DNA of 64,000 nucleotides from the human T2T-CHM13v2.0 reference genome, Homo sapiens: NCBI GenBank assembly GCA_009914755.4, contig CP068257.2, positions 26,560,001 to 26,624,000 of the forward strand, read 5' to 3'. Shown piece by piece: positions 11,201 to 23,288 of this stretch (position 1 is its first letter; each line of letters starts with the position of its first letter). The notes under the pieces were generated by a model. It saw only the letters and a program-made list of their open reading frames with translations, ran no database searches and was not told where the DNA came from. The position numbers and the translations under genes were made by a program.

Positions 11201-13971
11201 CAAAGCCAATGCTTTGAAATGAAGCATTTCCATCATTTCTTTTCAAAGTAGCCTGTGGCAGAGACAAGCAGAGATCACTGTGACCCCTCAGAGTTATAAA
11301 CCAAAGCTCATAAAAATAAATTGACTTATTAAGGCCTCAGAGCTTAGAGATAGAATCTGATCCACAGCCTGACTATAAGGATTCTCTGTGCTGTGCTTAT
11401 TTATTTTTTCCACCATTAAATTTACTTAAATCATTTAGCTGAAGGTCCAACTTAGGACACTATGAAGTGTTCTTAGGTAGAGAGGAAGGATAGTGGAAGG
11501 GAGAGAGAAAGGAGACGAGAGGTGAAACATGAATTTTTTAAGTGAAGAATCTATGTGCTATTTGTTTTGTATCCATAACACCGTAACATTCATAGTAGGT
11601 AGCATGGTGTCCTGAACATAGCGACAATAGACATTTAATGACTATATAAGTTAGGTGAATAAAAATAAGAACCCGTTTGTAATTTTTTTCATCTATTTGT
11701 TTTCATAATAAAGACCTCATTTTTTATTATGATGATTGCCTGAATATCTGTATACCTTGGTTTAGTTCTGCCCCACCTTTAATTTCAGCTGTGTCACAGT
11801 GAATTGCTTTCACCTTCCTGAACTTGATTTTTCTCATGAATATAATATAGAAGTTAGATTAATTAAGTTTAAAATGCTTTCAAACTAAGGTGTATCTGAC
11901 ATAGACAATCTTTTTCAAAAAATGTTTCGTCGTAGGATGACAATCTGGTAGTGAAATTTCCAGCCATATGCAGATATTGATTATATTATATGTGATCTCA
12001 AACGTTTCCAGCAACTTGGTACAAGATAGCAACAAAACTTCTGATGTTCTTAATATTTGCTAAGCACCTGTTTATTTTTCATTTATTCTTTATTTCAGCA
12101 AGGAATTATTGAAAGACCCCTATGTGAAAGTGCTGGATTAGAAGAATTTCAAGACAACAATGACTGGTGTTCTGAATTACACACAAGATGCCACAGAAGG
12201 GAAAAAGATGTGTTTAATGATATTTCTCATTCAACAGGATAGATAACATTTGGACTTGAAGGGAGAGTAGCTGTTCTCTTGCAGCAGGTAGCAAGAGCTG
12301 GCCAGCCAAAAGGGCAGCATGTCATGATAACTTTGGGGGATACCAAATTTCTCAGTATAGCCAGTGCAGAGGGGGTTAATGAGGGTAGAGCAGATAATGC
12401 TGAGCAGGTAGGCAGGCCCAAGGCCTAAAGGATCCTCTACACCACTCTCAGTTTTTCTATCATATTGTGGGTTATAAGCAATTACTTAAGAACTTTTGGA
12501 AGATGAGTGACATAATTATATTTACATTTTGAAAAATCAATATGGCAGTCAGTGGAGGGATGAGGAATGGCAAAGTGGAAAGGAACCCAGTCGTTGAGAT
12601 AGATAAGGTGGGAAAACCTGAAGGTCTCAACTGAGATTGTCACTTAGGCACAGGAATGATGCATGAGACTTTCTGCCATACTCAACCTGATCCAAGCTTC
12701 CCGTCAGGTGTCATACCAAAGAATAGCCTGGTATGTTTTACATTAAAATACATTTTCTGAAACAAAAGAAAACGTGAGAAAAGCCCAATGTGTGAGTAGG
12801 TAACAACTAATCAAGTAATTAAACCAAGGCTTTGAGAAAATATCACCATGCCATCGTCTGGATGACAAGAATGTGGTTGCAGATACCTTAAGTCAGAGTG
12901 AAAAGTATGGAATACTGGATTGGCAAGGAACAAACTCGGAAAATATACTTCTCTAAAAATAGACGCATTGTTCCTTATTTGCTGGGTCCTTTAGGTACTA
13001 CTTGATTTGGAAGGAAAGAAATAGATGTGTTGCATATTCTTACAGATATTTTTTTAATGTAAATAGATTTTTCTTCATATTAGGGGAATGTATTTGGATT
13101 TGAAATTCAAATACATTTTCAAATTTGTGCCTGAACCATCATCCATCTGGTTCTCCTCCTCACACCCACCACACACCTACCTCTGTATCTCTCTCTTAAT
13201 GTTTTTATTTCATTGCTTTTCTGCCCAATGGATCAGAACCTCTAGAACCATACATAAATAAAAGATCTAGAGCCTGCCTTAACCGTGGTTTTCCCCACCT
13301 CCTATAATGCCTTTGCAGTTGTTCCAGAAGCTGCTATTAGTAACCCCCTCCCCACAAACCGTTGTAATTTCTCTGCTATAAGAAACTTATGAGCATCCAT
13401 ATCTTTGCTCTGGATCAGAACAGATATGTTGATAAACATTTCAATAATTAAAAAATGTAATTTTATCAGAAATAAAAAAAAATCATGCAGGTGAAAGAAA
13501 GGCAGATAAATAAGACACAAGAAATGATTGTGTCTATCATGAAGAAGTAGTGATCTGTGTCAGGAGAAAAACACACCATTCCCATACTTTATTTTGCCCA
13601 CAAAGTGAATTTGACACACTTAAATGTGTCAAATGTGCATTTGACTATAGTGCAAATGCACTATAAATGTGCATTTGACACACTTAGTTTGACTACATAT
13701 AATGGATTAGATAAAAAGAGGTAGTTTTCTAAGTACAAAGTAGAAACCATGATTTCTTTAAACTGGGTATAAATTGGAAAAAAAAATACTCAACAGAGTG
13801 TTGTGGTGTATCATTAATATTTTAGGAAATTTCTAATATTAAACTATTTCTAGTTTTAAGAAGTTTAGACACAGAAAAACAATACATATTTATATAATAT
13901 CTTTTCAAAGTATTTCATCAATATTTTAATCTCGTTAACTTTTCTCCCACTTTCTTAAGAATCAAAATTCC

Positions 13972-14417
13972 TTTTTAACTTTAATTCGAGTTCATGGGTA
14001 CATGTGCAGGTTGGTTATATACGTAAACTTGTTATGTATGTAAACTTGTGTCACGGGGGGTTGTTGAACAGATTATTTCAACTGTTGGTACTAAGCCTAG
14101 TACCAACAGTTATTTTTCTTGATCCTCTCTCCCTCCTCCTACCCTCCACCTTCTGATAGGACCCAGTGTGTGTTGCTCCCATCTATGTGTCCATGTGTTC
14201 TTAGGATTTAGCTCCCACTTATAAATGAGAACATGTGGTATTTGGTTTTCTGTTCCTGCATTAGTTTGCTAATGATAATGACCTCCAGCTCCATCTATGT
14301 CCCTGCAAAGGACACCATCTCATTACTTTTATGGCTACATGGTATTCCATGGTATATATATGTAGCACTTTTTTTTATTTAGTCTATCATTGATGGGCAT
14401 TTAGGTTGATTAGAATC
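13972..14417 (-). mobile_element. L1 3'-end insertion (L1P-like), minus strand, 5'-truncated (~440 bp)
   Basis: ggtacatgtgcaggttggttatatacgtaaacttg...atttagctcccacttataaatgagaacatgtggtatttggttttctgttcctgcattagtttgctaatgataatgacctccagctccatctatgtccctgcaaaggacaccatctcattacttttatggctacatggtattccatggtatatatatgtagcac...gtctatcattgatgggcatttaggttgattag is the reverse complement of the L1 3'UTR terminal ~440 bp. Confidence 0.85.
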
Positions 14418-15431
14418 AAAACTCTTAACTAACATTACTCATTTCTCTCTTTGAGGTTAGCATTTCAAAAGGTTTTGGCCAATTTTCTTTTCAAAATAAT
14501 AATGTTTGTCTATAAGTTCCTCAAGCCCTCTAACATCTTTTTAAATCTATAAATGCCTTTCAGTGTATTTTCATGCCTTTTCTAATGAGATTCAGACTTT
14601 GAAAAAAGATTCCTGTTGGTATCAAAACAAACCTAAATAAAAGTATTCTCTTTCATTATTTTATGATGATTCTAAAATTATATCTATTTTACTTACCATC
14701 ATTTTGCTTGATAATGCCCAGCTGATTTGATTATCATTTCTTGTCACAGGTAGAACTCTGAGGGCATAACCATATTTTATGCTCATTCCTCATTTTAAGT
14801 TGGTTATTTTCATCAAGCACTATGAGTTTAATCACTCTGAAGTAAGGTAATAGATGAGTTTACTGAAAACACAATTCATTTCCTAATTTTGCTGGCCAAA
14901 CGATACTACTCCATGTTCATAAACATGAAACTCTTCAAGGGATCTGCTTCAAGGGGAGGCAAGATGAATGTGCTCTTGGGAGTAGGACATTTAGAGATAC
15001 GGTAAATTACCTTGTCTAGGCACTGGCCAAGTGGTGCTGTGGAAAATCTCCAGGACATCTCAGCTGCATGAGCTAATTTGTCTCCCATGGACTTGTCTCT
15101 CAATGGCTTGGCTGTGGGCCTACTAAAGGAAAAAAGAAATTGTGTTTTTTACCTTCTCTAAAAATTGCACATTATTTGCACTTTTGAAATCTCATTTTGT
15201 TTCCATTCAGTGGTTATCAAAATTATTAACAAAAGCCAGATGACAATATTAATCATATTAAAGACTGTGTTTAATTTATATTTATAATGCTCATATAATG
15301 TCATAATGTTCTATGACTATACTACATAGGCCTCCTACAGATGATCAAATCTTTAGGTGAAATGTTTATTTTTTGTTTGTTTATGAACTGTCAATAGCCA
15401 TCCATGTGCTGTTAAAGATAAAGGTTTTGCA

Positions 15432-15741
<310 letters not shown>

Positions 15742-18269
15742 GTTTTTTATAATATAGGTTGTTATAAAGAAAACAAAGAAGAATTATAGAAATATCTTTC
15801 TTATTTTGACTTCATAAAAGACAGCTTACTATATGTAACTCACTAGAGTTGTTAGACATCCCTAACAAGAAAGCTTGAGTAAGTCACTTAGTTATTTTAG
15901 AGTAGGTATGATTATTTAAATAATTTAAAGTTTCCTGTTGTTTTAAAGAAAAGATTTGTATCGTATTTTTTTAGAAAATGACTTTTCATGTAAGAAGGTC
16001 AATAATATGGCACACTTAAGGTAATATTCTCTATCATTTATTTTTTCATTTGACTTCTATGCTATTTAAAAATACAAAAAATAATAGTTTTGTATATGAG
16101 CATTTAGAAATGCTTTGGGATGATTCAAAATTTCCAAATCTTTCTACAAGTCAGGACTTTCAAAAGATATGAAGTAAGTACAGAAGTTTACATCATTCAT
16201 GCATCTGACATTGAATCAGATACTAATCAGAACCCTGGCTGAGCTGTCCTATAGCTAAGGGTTCAGCTGTTATGCATTAAATCAATTCTAAACGCACTTT
16301 TTCCAACTTCTTCCCATCCAAATCTATTTAATTTGTCGTGTGTCCTTCATTATATAAGAGAGATTTTCTGAACAAATTCTCTGGCTTGAGAGAATCTGTT
16401 CAACATATTTACACTAACGTGTTAGTGATTGGAAAAAAAAGCCAATGAGATTCAACCAATTAAATGAAAGAATTGAAACCTCAGCTACTGACTCAAATTA
16501 TTTTTGAATCGAGGGAATTTGCAGGATGAGCTTCCTGATGTCCTAGAATTGCTATAAGTTAATTACCCACCTGTAAATAAGAATATCTTCTTCAGGTATA
16601 TAATAATGAAAGTAAAAAAAATAGAATTTTTCTTTGGTGCATATTTCCCTCTTACTGTTCCCTGGGAAAAGTTACTATATTCCAGGACCAGATTGTTTTA
16701 CTTTGCTGTCTTTTCTAGCTCTAGAGTGATTTCAAATATTGGGTGTTCCTTCAAAGGAACAGAAATAGTACCAATTCACAATGCCATGCATTTGAGATAT
16801 AAATTAATCAGCAGGAATTCATCACATTGTAATCTAGAAGGATAGGGCAAATCGTAGCTCATAATTATCTAGAATTCCAGAAGAAATAGGACAGAAATAG
16901 GAAGCAAGAAGACAAAAAGCAGTCTTGGTTCTCGTATCACTAAAGAGTTTCAATGGCACGTGATCTCAAATGAAACCTGGTGGCCATTGCTCATGTGTTG
17001 TGTTCCACAGTAACTAGAGGGGTGCACATTTGGTCTGGAGCAATCTTCATAGAAGAGGGGACTAAAGCCCTAGAAAGCACGAGTTCAACTGGCTGCAGCC
17101 TGCAAATCAAAAGCATTCATTGAGAAAACATTAAGAACCCATGTACACAAACAATAGGGCTTAGGTATGGTTGCCACTCTAATAACAACTAAAAGAAGTT
17201 GTATGCTTCTCCTAGATGATACAAATTTTTTAAGTAATATATTTTCTCATTTCTTCTTTTGCTGCCAGAGTGCTTGGAGCTAAATCTGTAGGCATAATTT
17301 TAGCAACCATTTAAAAAATTATGACATATATATTTTTATACAATTTTTTCCTGATGTGTTGTTTGTATTTCTATTTTTTAACATCCTGAATTATGTTTTT
17401 CCCCTATTTACTGCTTGCATTCTAATAAACTGCTTCCATTGTTTTTGTAGAACTAAAACAAATATACTCAATCATATAACAGTCAACAAAGAAATAAATA
17501 CACAATAACAAAAGGTTTGCTACTCATCCCTTGCTTTTCTGCTTATTTACAATGATTCAGAGAATGGTTAGACTAAGGAAACGTGACCAAAATTAGCAAT
17601 ATTTATTTAACAATAAAAGCCAATCCTCTACACTCCATTAGCTCATCGTAACTATAGAGAGGATTATCTCAAAGTAGACAAGTCTAATGTGCAATTTAGA
17701 CTGTACATAACTAAAGGCACAGGATAGAACTGGCTTTTATTTTCTTCCTGGCGCATTCTCTAGTCAGCCTTCAATCATGAATACTTGTAGAGAGAAAACT
17801 TTACACAAGCCGGAGGCAATTGCTGAAGGTGGAGACTCAACCTTTGACTTCTGCCATACAGAAGTGACCAGCCTGAGAATATAGAGATTTCTTACCAATA
17901 GAATACAATGTAACAATTTTTAAATATTAATAAAATGCTGGAATTTCATTTCTTTCTCCCAAATGTTCCTGCTTTGCCTTCACGGAACTTCTTGATTTCC
18001 TGTCTCCCCTTTTCCCTCTCATCTTACTCCAAGACTTTTGTAAATAAACAGCATAATGGAGAAGACACTTTCTCATAAGGATATTTTTTAGTTGACTATG
18101 GTTGCATAACAGCCAACAGACCAAAATATTTCATCATCAAGAATGTCCAAGTGGCTGCCCAGAACCAGGAGAACTGATATGGAGTCGCATGAGATAATGT
18201 TGGCTGACTAAGGATGAGAATTTGAAAACTCCCTGTACCCTCGGGCTAGCTTAGAAACAGCGATGCTCT

Positions 18270-18440
18270 GCCAAGAGCTGGCTTTAGAGCTGGGCATATC
18301 TACATTGGAATTTCAACTCTGCCACTTCCTCTTCATGGAAACTTAAACATACCCTTTAATCTCTTGGGGTCTCAATTTCCTCATCTTTAAAATTAGCATA
18401 ATCCCTTTTGGGGTATTATAAATTAAATACTTCCTTATAA
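18270..18440 (+). mobile_element. MIR SINE fragment
   Basis: caactctgccacttcctcttcatggaaacttaaacataccctttaatctcttggggtctcaatttcctcatctttaaaattagcataatcccttttggggtattataaattaaatac matches MIR ctctgccacttactagctgtgtgaccttgggcaagttacttaacctctctgtgcctcagtttcctcatctgtaaaatggggataataatag... Confidence 0.55.
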
Positions 18441-20422
18441 GAAACTTCAAATATCTGAGAAATATGATTTCAAAATGATATACTTGGGATTATGTTCTGA
18501 CTCACTGGAAAAATACCTTCTGTGTACAAGCACTATACCTGCTGCCTGGGATAAGAAATAAAATTCATGCTCTCTGTCCTCAGGTAGCAAAAGCTAACGT
18601 AGAAATTTGACTTATATATAACTACAGAACTGCTCATCAAATGTTTGAAGCAATTTTAGAAGTCAGGGATAGCGTTTGATGGTATTATGATCATTTTGCA
18701 GTCAGGAGGCTAGGAAAGCTTAAATCCTATGTCACTGTCAAGAATCTCTCCCAAGTGGTTACTAAGTAAGGCAACGAATGAACAAAACAGAACAGGAATA
18801 AAGGTCATTTTGTTGGTTGCAAGATTCTGCAACTAATTCTGCTGGTGAAAAAGTAAATTGAAGCCTCTGACTTAGGCTTTAAGTCAGAAAGGGACCTCCT
18901 AAACACCTCTCTCATGTTAAGACGTCACATTTTAGATATTGAGAGCAGAAGGCTCAGGTATACCTGCGTGAGAGAAAAACATATAGCTGGAGGGGTTTTT
19001 TTTTTACCCATTCAGACACAGCATGAAAGACAGAGAAAGGCCACCAAAATTTAAGAGGACTTCCTAACATTGCTTACCAATTCTACAACACAATACAAAA
19101 AAAAAAAAAATGACAATGAGAAGTTCCAGACCTAGACTCCTCACTTTGAAGATATAACCAGTGATTGTGCATGCAATGGCAATGTCCTCTAGTAATTGTG
19201 TGCAATCAATATCTATGAATTTGAATAAGCAGGTTAATCTTTTTTCCTTGGGTTGGGAATGGAGCTAGCAAGAGGAAGTTGCTAAGAATTAGGTGAGCAT
19301 AGGTAGAATATGCATAGGGAAAAATGGCAAATGGTCTTTCCTCCAATAGGACACAATGTTGGTGTAATTAATTATCTCCCCAAATTATACCTTGGAATTT
19401 AAAATTCTTAGCAGGAAGATATCTACAGAACTCAAAACATTTTGTGTGAACTCCAGTACATGATGGGATTTGTCCTTAAAAGGAATAACTACTAAAACTA
19501 GACTAAACATTTACTGTAGTTCAGTGCAGACTTTAGTCTAGGAATAGTTCTAAATGGTACCCGGAGTAGCGGGGGAACTGATGAAATTAATCTATACTAT
19601 CACAAAAATTAAAGTCCTCTTGATATAAATGAAAAATATGTTTGTAAAAAATTGCAAGACACACTAAGTTTTAGTGTTAGAGATTGTGAAAAAAGATACC
19701 AGAAAAGATCCCATCAAACATTATGCTGAAATAAGGATATAACGTGTATGAGTGGCATTATACTATCAGAATAGGAAATGGTATCAGATTCACAGATTTT
19801 GGGAGCCAAGATGGTGAGAATAAATGTATTCCAACTGCAGAGGAATATCAATAAAGTAAGTAAATAAGATTTTTGTGTGTGTGGAAAGAGGGTCAGACAC
19901 CTGAAAAGAGGCCATAAAATATGAATAAACTTCAAACAAATGACTCACCTCTACAGCAGGTTGAGCCAACTTTCCTCATCAAGGAGACCTCAAAGTTGCT
20001 TCAGAGCATCCATGCAAGTTGCCTTGTAAGGTCTTGTTGATGTGCTCCCCCTTCCGCCATCAGATCCTCTTGGCCCTGCCTGATCCCTGGGGCCTCCATG
20101 GCTTGTTCTGTTTTCCATCTGCAGGGAACCCAGTAATGACAAGTGCTTGTCTTATAGTTATAAATGCCTTGGCTCCACTTCTATCAATTTATCTACTAAA
20201 CACCACCAGCTGTGTCCCTCTTGACCTGAGATGAGAACTGTCTTTAAGCCAGGCCTTGATTGTGCCTCTCTTGTGGAGCTGGACATTCTGGTCCAGGAGA
20301 TGCTTTATGCACTGAACCAATGGCCAATATATGATGGTGTGTACCCATATGCTAGACTACTTGACTCCAATATCCAAAGGGCAGATGTAGGATTGGCCCC
20401 ACTCATCTTTTCCATTGACCTG

Positions 20423-20877
20423 TGTATTAGTCAGTGTTCTCTAGAGGGACAGAACTAATAGAATAAATAAACATATATAATATAACATTATATATATATG
20501 GGACTTTATTAAATATTAACTTACATGTTCACAAGGTCCCACAATAGACTGTCTGTAAGCTGAAGAGCAAGGAGAGCCAGTCTGAGTCCCAAAACTGAAG
20601 AACTTGGAGTCGAGTGTTCAAGGTCAGGAAGCATCCAGCACAGGAGAAAGATGTGGGATGGGAGGCTAGGCCAGTCTCTCCTTTTCACATTGTTCTGCCT
20701 GCTTTATATTTGCTGTCAGCTGATTAAATTGCCCACCAGATTAAGGGTGGATCTGCCTTCCCCAGCCCACTGACTCAAATGTTATTCTCTTTTGGCAACA
20801 CCCTCACAGACACACCCAACATCAATAATTTGTATCCTTCAATCCAATCAAGTTTACATTCAGTATTAACCATCGCA
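20423..20877 (-). mobile_element. ERVL/MaLR-type LTR, 3' LTR of the provirus remnant (contains a small (TA)n run)
   Basis: Starts tgtattagtcagtgttctctagagggacagaactaatag. Reverse complement starts TGCGATGGTTAATACTGA, like the MaLR LTR 5' ends TGATATGGTT. AATAAAG polyA-signal is near the 3' end in the minus-strand reading. Confidence 0.75.
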
Positions 20878-21496
20878 ACTTCACCTCTTCTCAACTTGAA
20901 CCCATACACATCTCCTGAGATCATAATCTCCAAATAAAGATAATAATAAGGTCGTAATTCTGCCTGATATAATACAACTATCCTTCATACAACTGGAAAT
21001 GCACCAATCCCCAACCCAAATACTAATACAAAAAGTTAACAATATTTAAATGCTGATATGAAGTCAATAAACCTTATGTCACATGATAAAATAAAATAAA
21101 ATAAAAATATTTTCTTAGTACAAGTGTATACATAGACAAACATGTTTTTAACAAAAGAAGAATGAAATTCTCATGAAAATTACAGTCCTTGTTTCCACAG
21201 CTGGTAACATGGTTGGAGCTCGTATTGATGACTACCTTCTTCTACTATCCATTCTGTATTCCCTTTGCCGTCAGAAAGCACTTCAGCAGGTCATGGTTTT
21301 TTTCCTGGAGGAGTGACCCAAACCTTCACTCCTGAGGGGTCTGGGCCATTTGTAGTCCTGCCTGGAATGGACTGTTGTAGTTTCCCACTGACTTTAATCA
21401 CAGGGCATGGTAATACTAAGAGACACCCTAATGGATCTCTTGCATTCTATGCAAACTCTTCCTGACTTCCATTATGCAGTAGTAGACTGATTTATC

Positions 21497-21823
21497 TTAA
21501 TAGTCCGGGTCAATCAACCCAGCCAACGCTGTAACTCCCTTCTTAGCCTGTTGACTCAAAGGTAGCAAGAGCCCAAAGTGTCCAGGTGGCAATCTTAACT
21601 TCCAAATTAATGGAATTGTTGTTGTGTCTCCTGGTGGCAGCGTTCCTCCCTCCGGAACTAAGACCTCTAGGCCAGCAGAACGTAATGTCACAGGAACAGG
21701 AAGCAAAAATTTTGCTAGTGAATCACTAGGGGTGATGGTGAGTGGTGCCGCTTCCACGTCCCCCCCCGATTGCTGGACCCATGAAACCTGGATATAGGAG
21801 AAACACCACCATATATTGGACAC
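21497..21823 (-). pseudogene. Retroviral dUTPase domain remnant (C-terminal pol domain as in ERV-L), decayed
   Basis: The minus-strand ORF translates ...AAPLTITPSDSLAKFLLPVPVTLRSAGLEVLVPEGGTLPPGDTTTIPLIWKLRLPPGHFGLLLPLSQQAKKGVTALAGLIDPDY. SAGLEV matches dUTPase motif 1 (AGxDL). LPPGHFGLLLPLSQQAKKGVTALAGLIDPDY matches the RSGLAxKGixvxxGvIDxDYrG motifs 2-3. The frame is lost after DPDY. Confidence 0.75.
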
Positions 21824-21930
21824 TGATTCAGAGCAAACTCAGTCTTCAGGAGAACTTTGCCCAGCCCTGCAAAGTATTGTCACTAGTTGGAATTGTAATT
21901 GTGATTTCAAAAGGCCATTCCACCATTCTC

Positions 21931-22137
21931 TCAATGCTGCTTCAGGATGATGGGGAACAAGGTAAGACCAGTGAATTCCATGAGCATGGGCCCACTGCCA
22001 TACTTCTTTAGCCATAAAGTGAGTGTCTTAGTCAGAGGCAATGCTGTGTGGAATACCATGATGGTGGATAAGGCATTCCATGAGTCCACAGATGGTAGCC
22101 TTGGCAGAAGCATTGCATACAGGATAGGCAAAGCCAT
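21931..22137 (-). pseudogene. Retroviral integrase catalytic-core remnant (decayed)
   Basis: The minus-strand ORF reads ...LPSVDSWNALSTIMVFHTALPLTKTLTLWLKKYG... SVDSWNA resembles SDNGpaF. FHTALPLTKTLTLWLKKY resembles the integrase HtaYhPQt.GqtER.NqtLKqyL block. This sits between the zinc-finger ORF and the dUTPase in the pol order expected for ERV-L. Confidence 0.55.
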
Positions 22138-22216
22138 ATCCAGAGTAAGTGTCTATTCTAGTGAGGACAAACCTCTGCCCTTTCCATGATGGAAGAGGTC
22201 CAACATAATCAACCTG

Positions 22217-22582
22217 TCACCAAGTAGCTGGCTGATCACCCCAAGGAATGGTGTCATATCGAGGGCTCAGTGTTGGTCTCTGCTGCTGGCAAATTGGGCA
22301 CTCAGCAGTGACCACAGCCAGGTCAGCCTTGGTGAGTGGAAGTCCATGTTGCTGAGCCCATGCATAACAACCATCCTTGCCACCATGGCCACTTTGTTTA
22401 TGGGCCCATTGGGCAATGACAGGGGTGGCTGGGGAAAGAGGCTGGGTGGTGTCCACAGAACAGGTCATCCTATCCAATTGATTATTAAAATCCTCCTCTA
22501 CTGAGGTCACCCGTTGGTGAGCACTCACATGGGATACAAATATCTTCATGGTTTTTGACCACTCAGAGAGGTCCATCCTCAT
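22217..22582 (-). pseudogene. Retroviral pol remnant: RNaseH C-terminus followed by integrase N-terminal HHCC zinc-binding domain
   Basis: The minus-strand ORF reads ...KIFVSHVSAHQRVTSVEEDFNNQLDRMT... (resembles the HVxAHQ RNaseH end), then AQWAHKQSGHGGKDGCYAWAQQHGLPLTKADLAVVTAECPICQQQRP (H-x4-H-x29-C-x2-C integrase zinc finger), then ...YDTIPWGDQPATW leading into the WQxDFT region. Confidence 0.7.
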
Positions 22583-22954
22583 TCCTCTTCCCCAAATTTC
22601 TTTGTCACCAATTTTCCAATCATGCTTCTTCCAAGTCCCTGACTATCCAGCCAAACCATTGGCTACAACCAATTAATCAGTATATAATCACACATCTGGT
22701 CATTTCTCCTTCCATGCAAAGTGCACACCCAGGTGCACTGCTCGAAGTTCTGCCCACCGGGAAAATTTTCCTTCACTGTTGTCCTTTAGGGATGTCCTAG
22801 AAAGGGGCTGTAGTGCTGCAGCTGTCCACTTTCAGGTGGTGCCTGCATGTCATGCAGAACCATCTGTGAACCTGGCCATAGTCTTCTCTTCCTCTGTCAA
22901 ATGATCATAGGGAACTCCTTCTGAGGCCATTGTTGCAGGCTGGGGAAGAGAAGG

Positions 22955-23288
22955 CAGGGTGGCAGGAGTGGAGACCATGCAAGGGGAGCCAGTACAAGTT
23001 CCAAAACTGAAGAGCTTGGAGTCCAATGTTCAAGGGCAAGAAGCATCGAGTACAGGAGAAAGCCGTAGGCTGGGAGGCTAGGCCAGTCTCCCCTTTTCAC
23101 GTTTTTCTGCCTGCTTTACCATTGGCAGCTGATTAGATTGTGCCCACTAGATTAAGGGTGGATCTGCCTTCCCCAGCCCACTGACTCAAATGCTAATCTC
23201 TTTTGGCAACACCTTCACAGACACACTCAGGATCAATACTTTGTATCTTTCAATACAATCAAGTTGACCCTCAGTATTAACCATCACA
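22955..23288 (-). mobile_element. 5' LTR of the provirus remnant, truncated on its R/U5 (internal) side
   Basis: Collinear with 20545-20877 of the 3' LTR copy. It lacks the equivalent of 20423-20544. It ends ...attaaccatcacaac|acctg, the same terminus plus TSD as the other copy. Confidence 0.75.

Larger units (their letters stand above)
20423..23288 (-). mobile_element. ERV-L-like provirus remnant with internal deletion: 3' LTR (20423-20877), pol remnant (integrase + dUTPase, 21497-22582), 5'-LTR fragment (22955-23288); flanked by perfect 5-bp TSD ACCTG (20418-20422 / 23289-23293)
   Basis: Two copies of the same LTR sit in direct orientation: 20545-20877 and 22955-23288 share ...ccaaaactgaagaacttggagtc.agtgttcaagg.caggaagcatc.agcacaggagaaag...gggaggctaggccagtctc.ccttttcac.tt.ttctgcctgcttta...gattaagggtggatctgccttccccagcccactgactcaaatg.taatctcttttggcaacacc.tcacagacacac.c...attaaccatc.caac. 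Between them, minus-strand frames give an RNaseH end, an integrase HHCC finger, an integrase core and a dUTPase. An identical ACCTG pentamer directly abuts both outer LTR ends. The LTR begins tgtattagtcag like MaLR LTRs read in reverse, so the element is minus-oriented. Confidence 0.7.
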
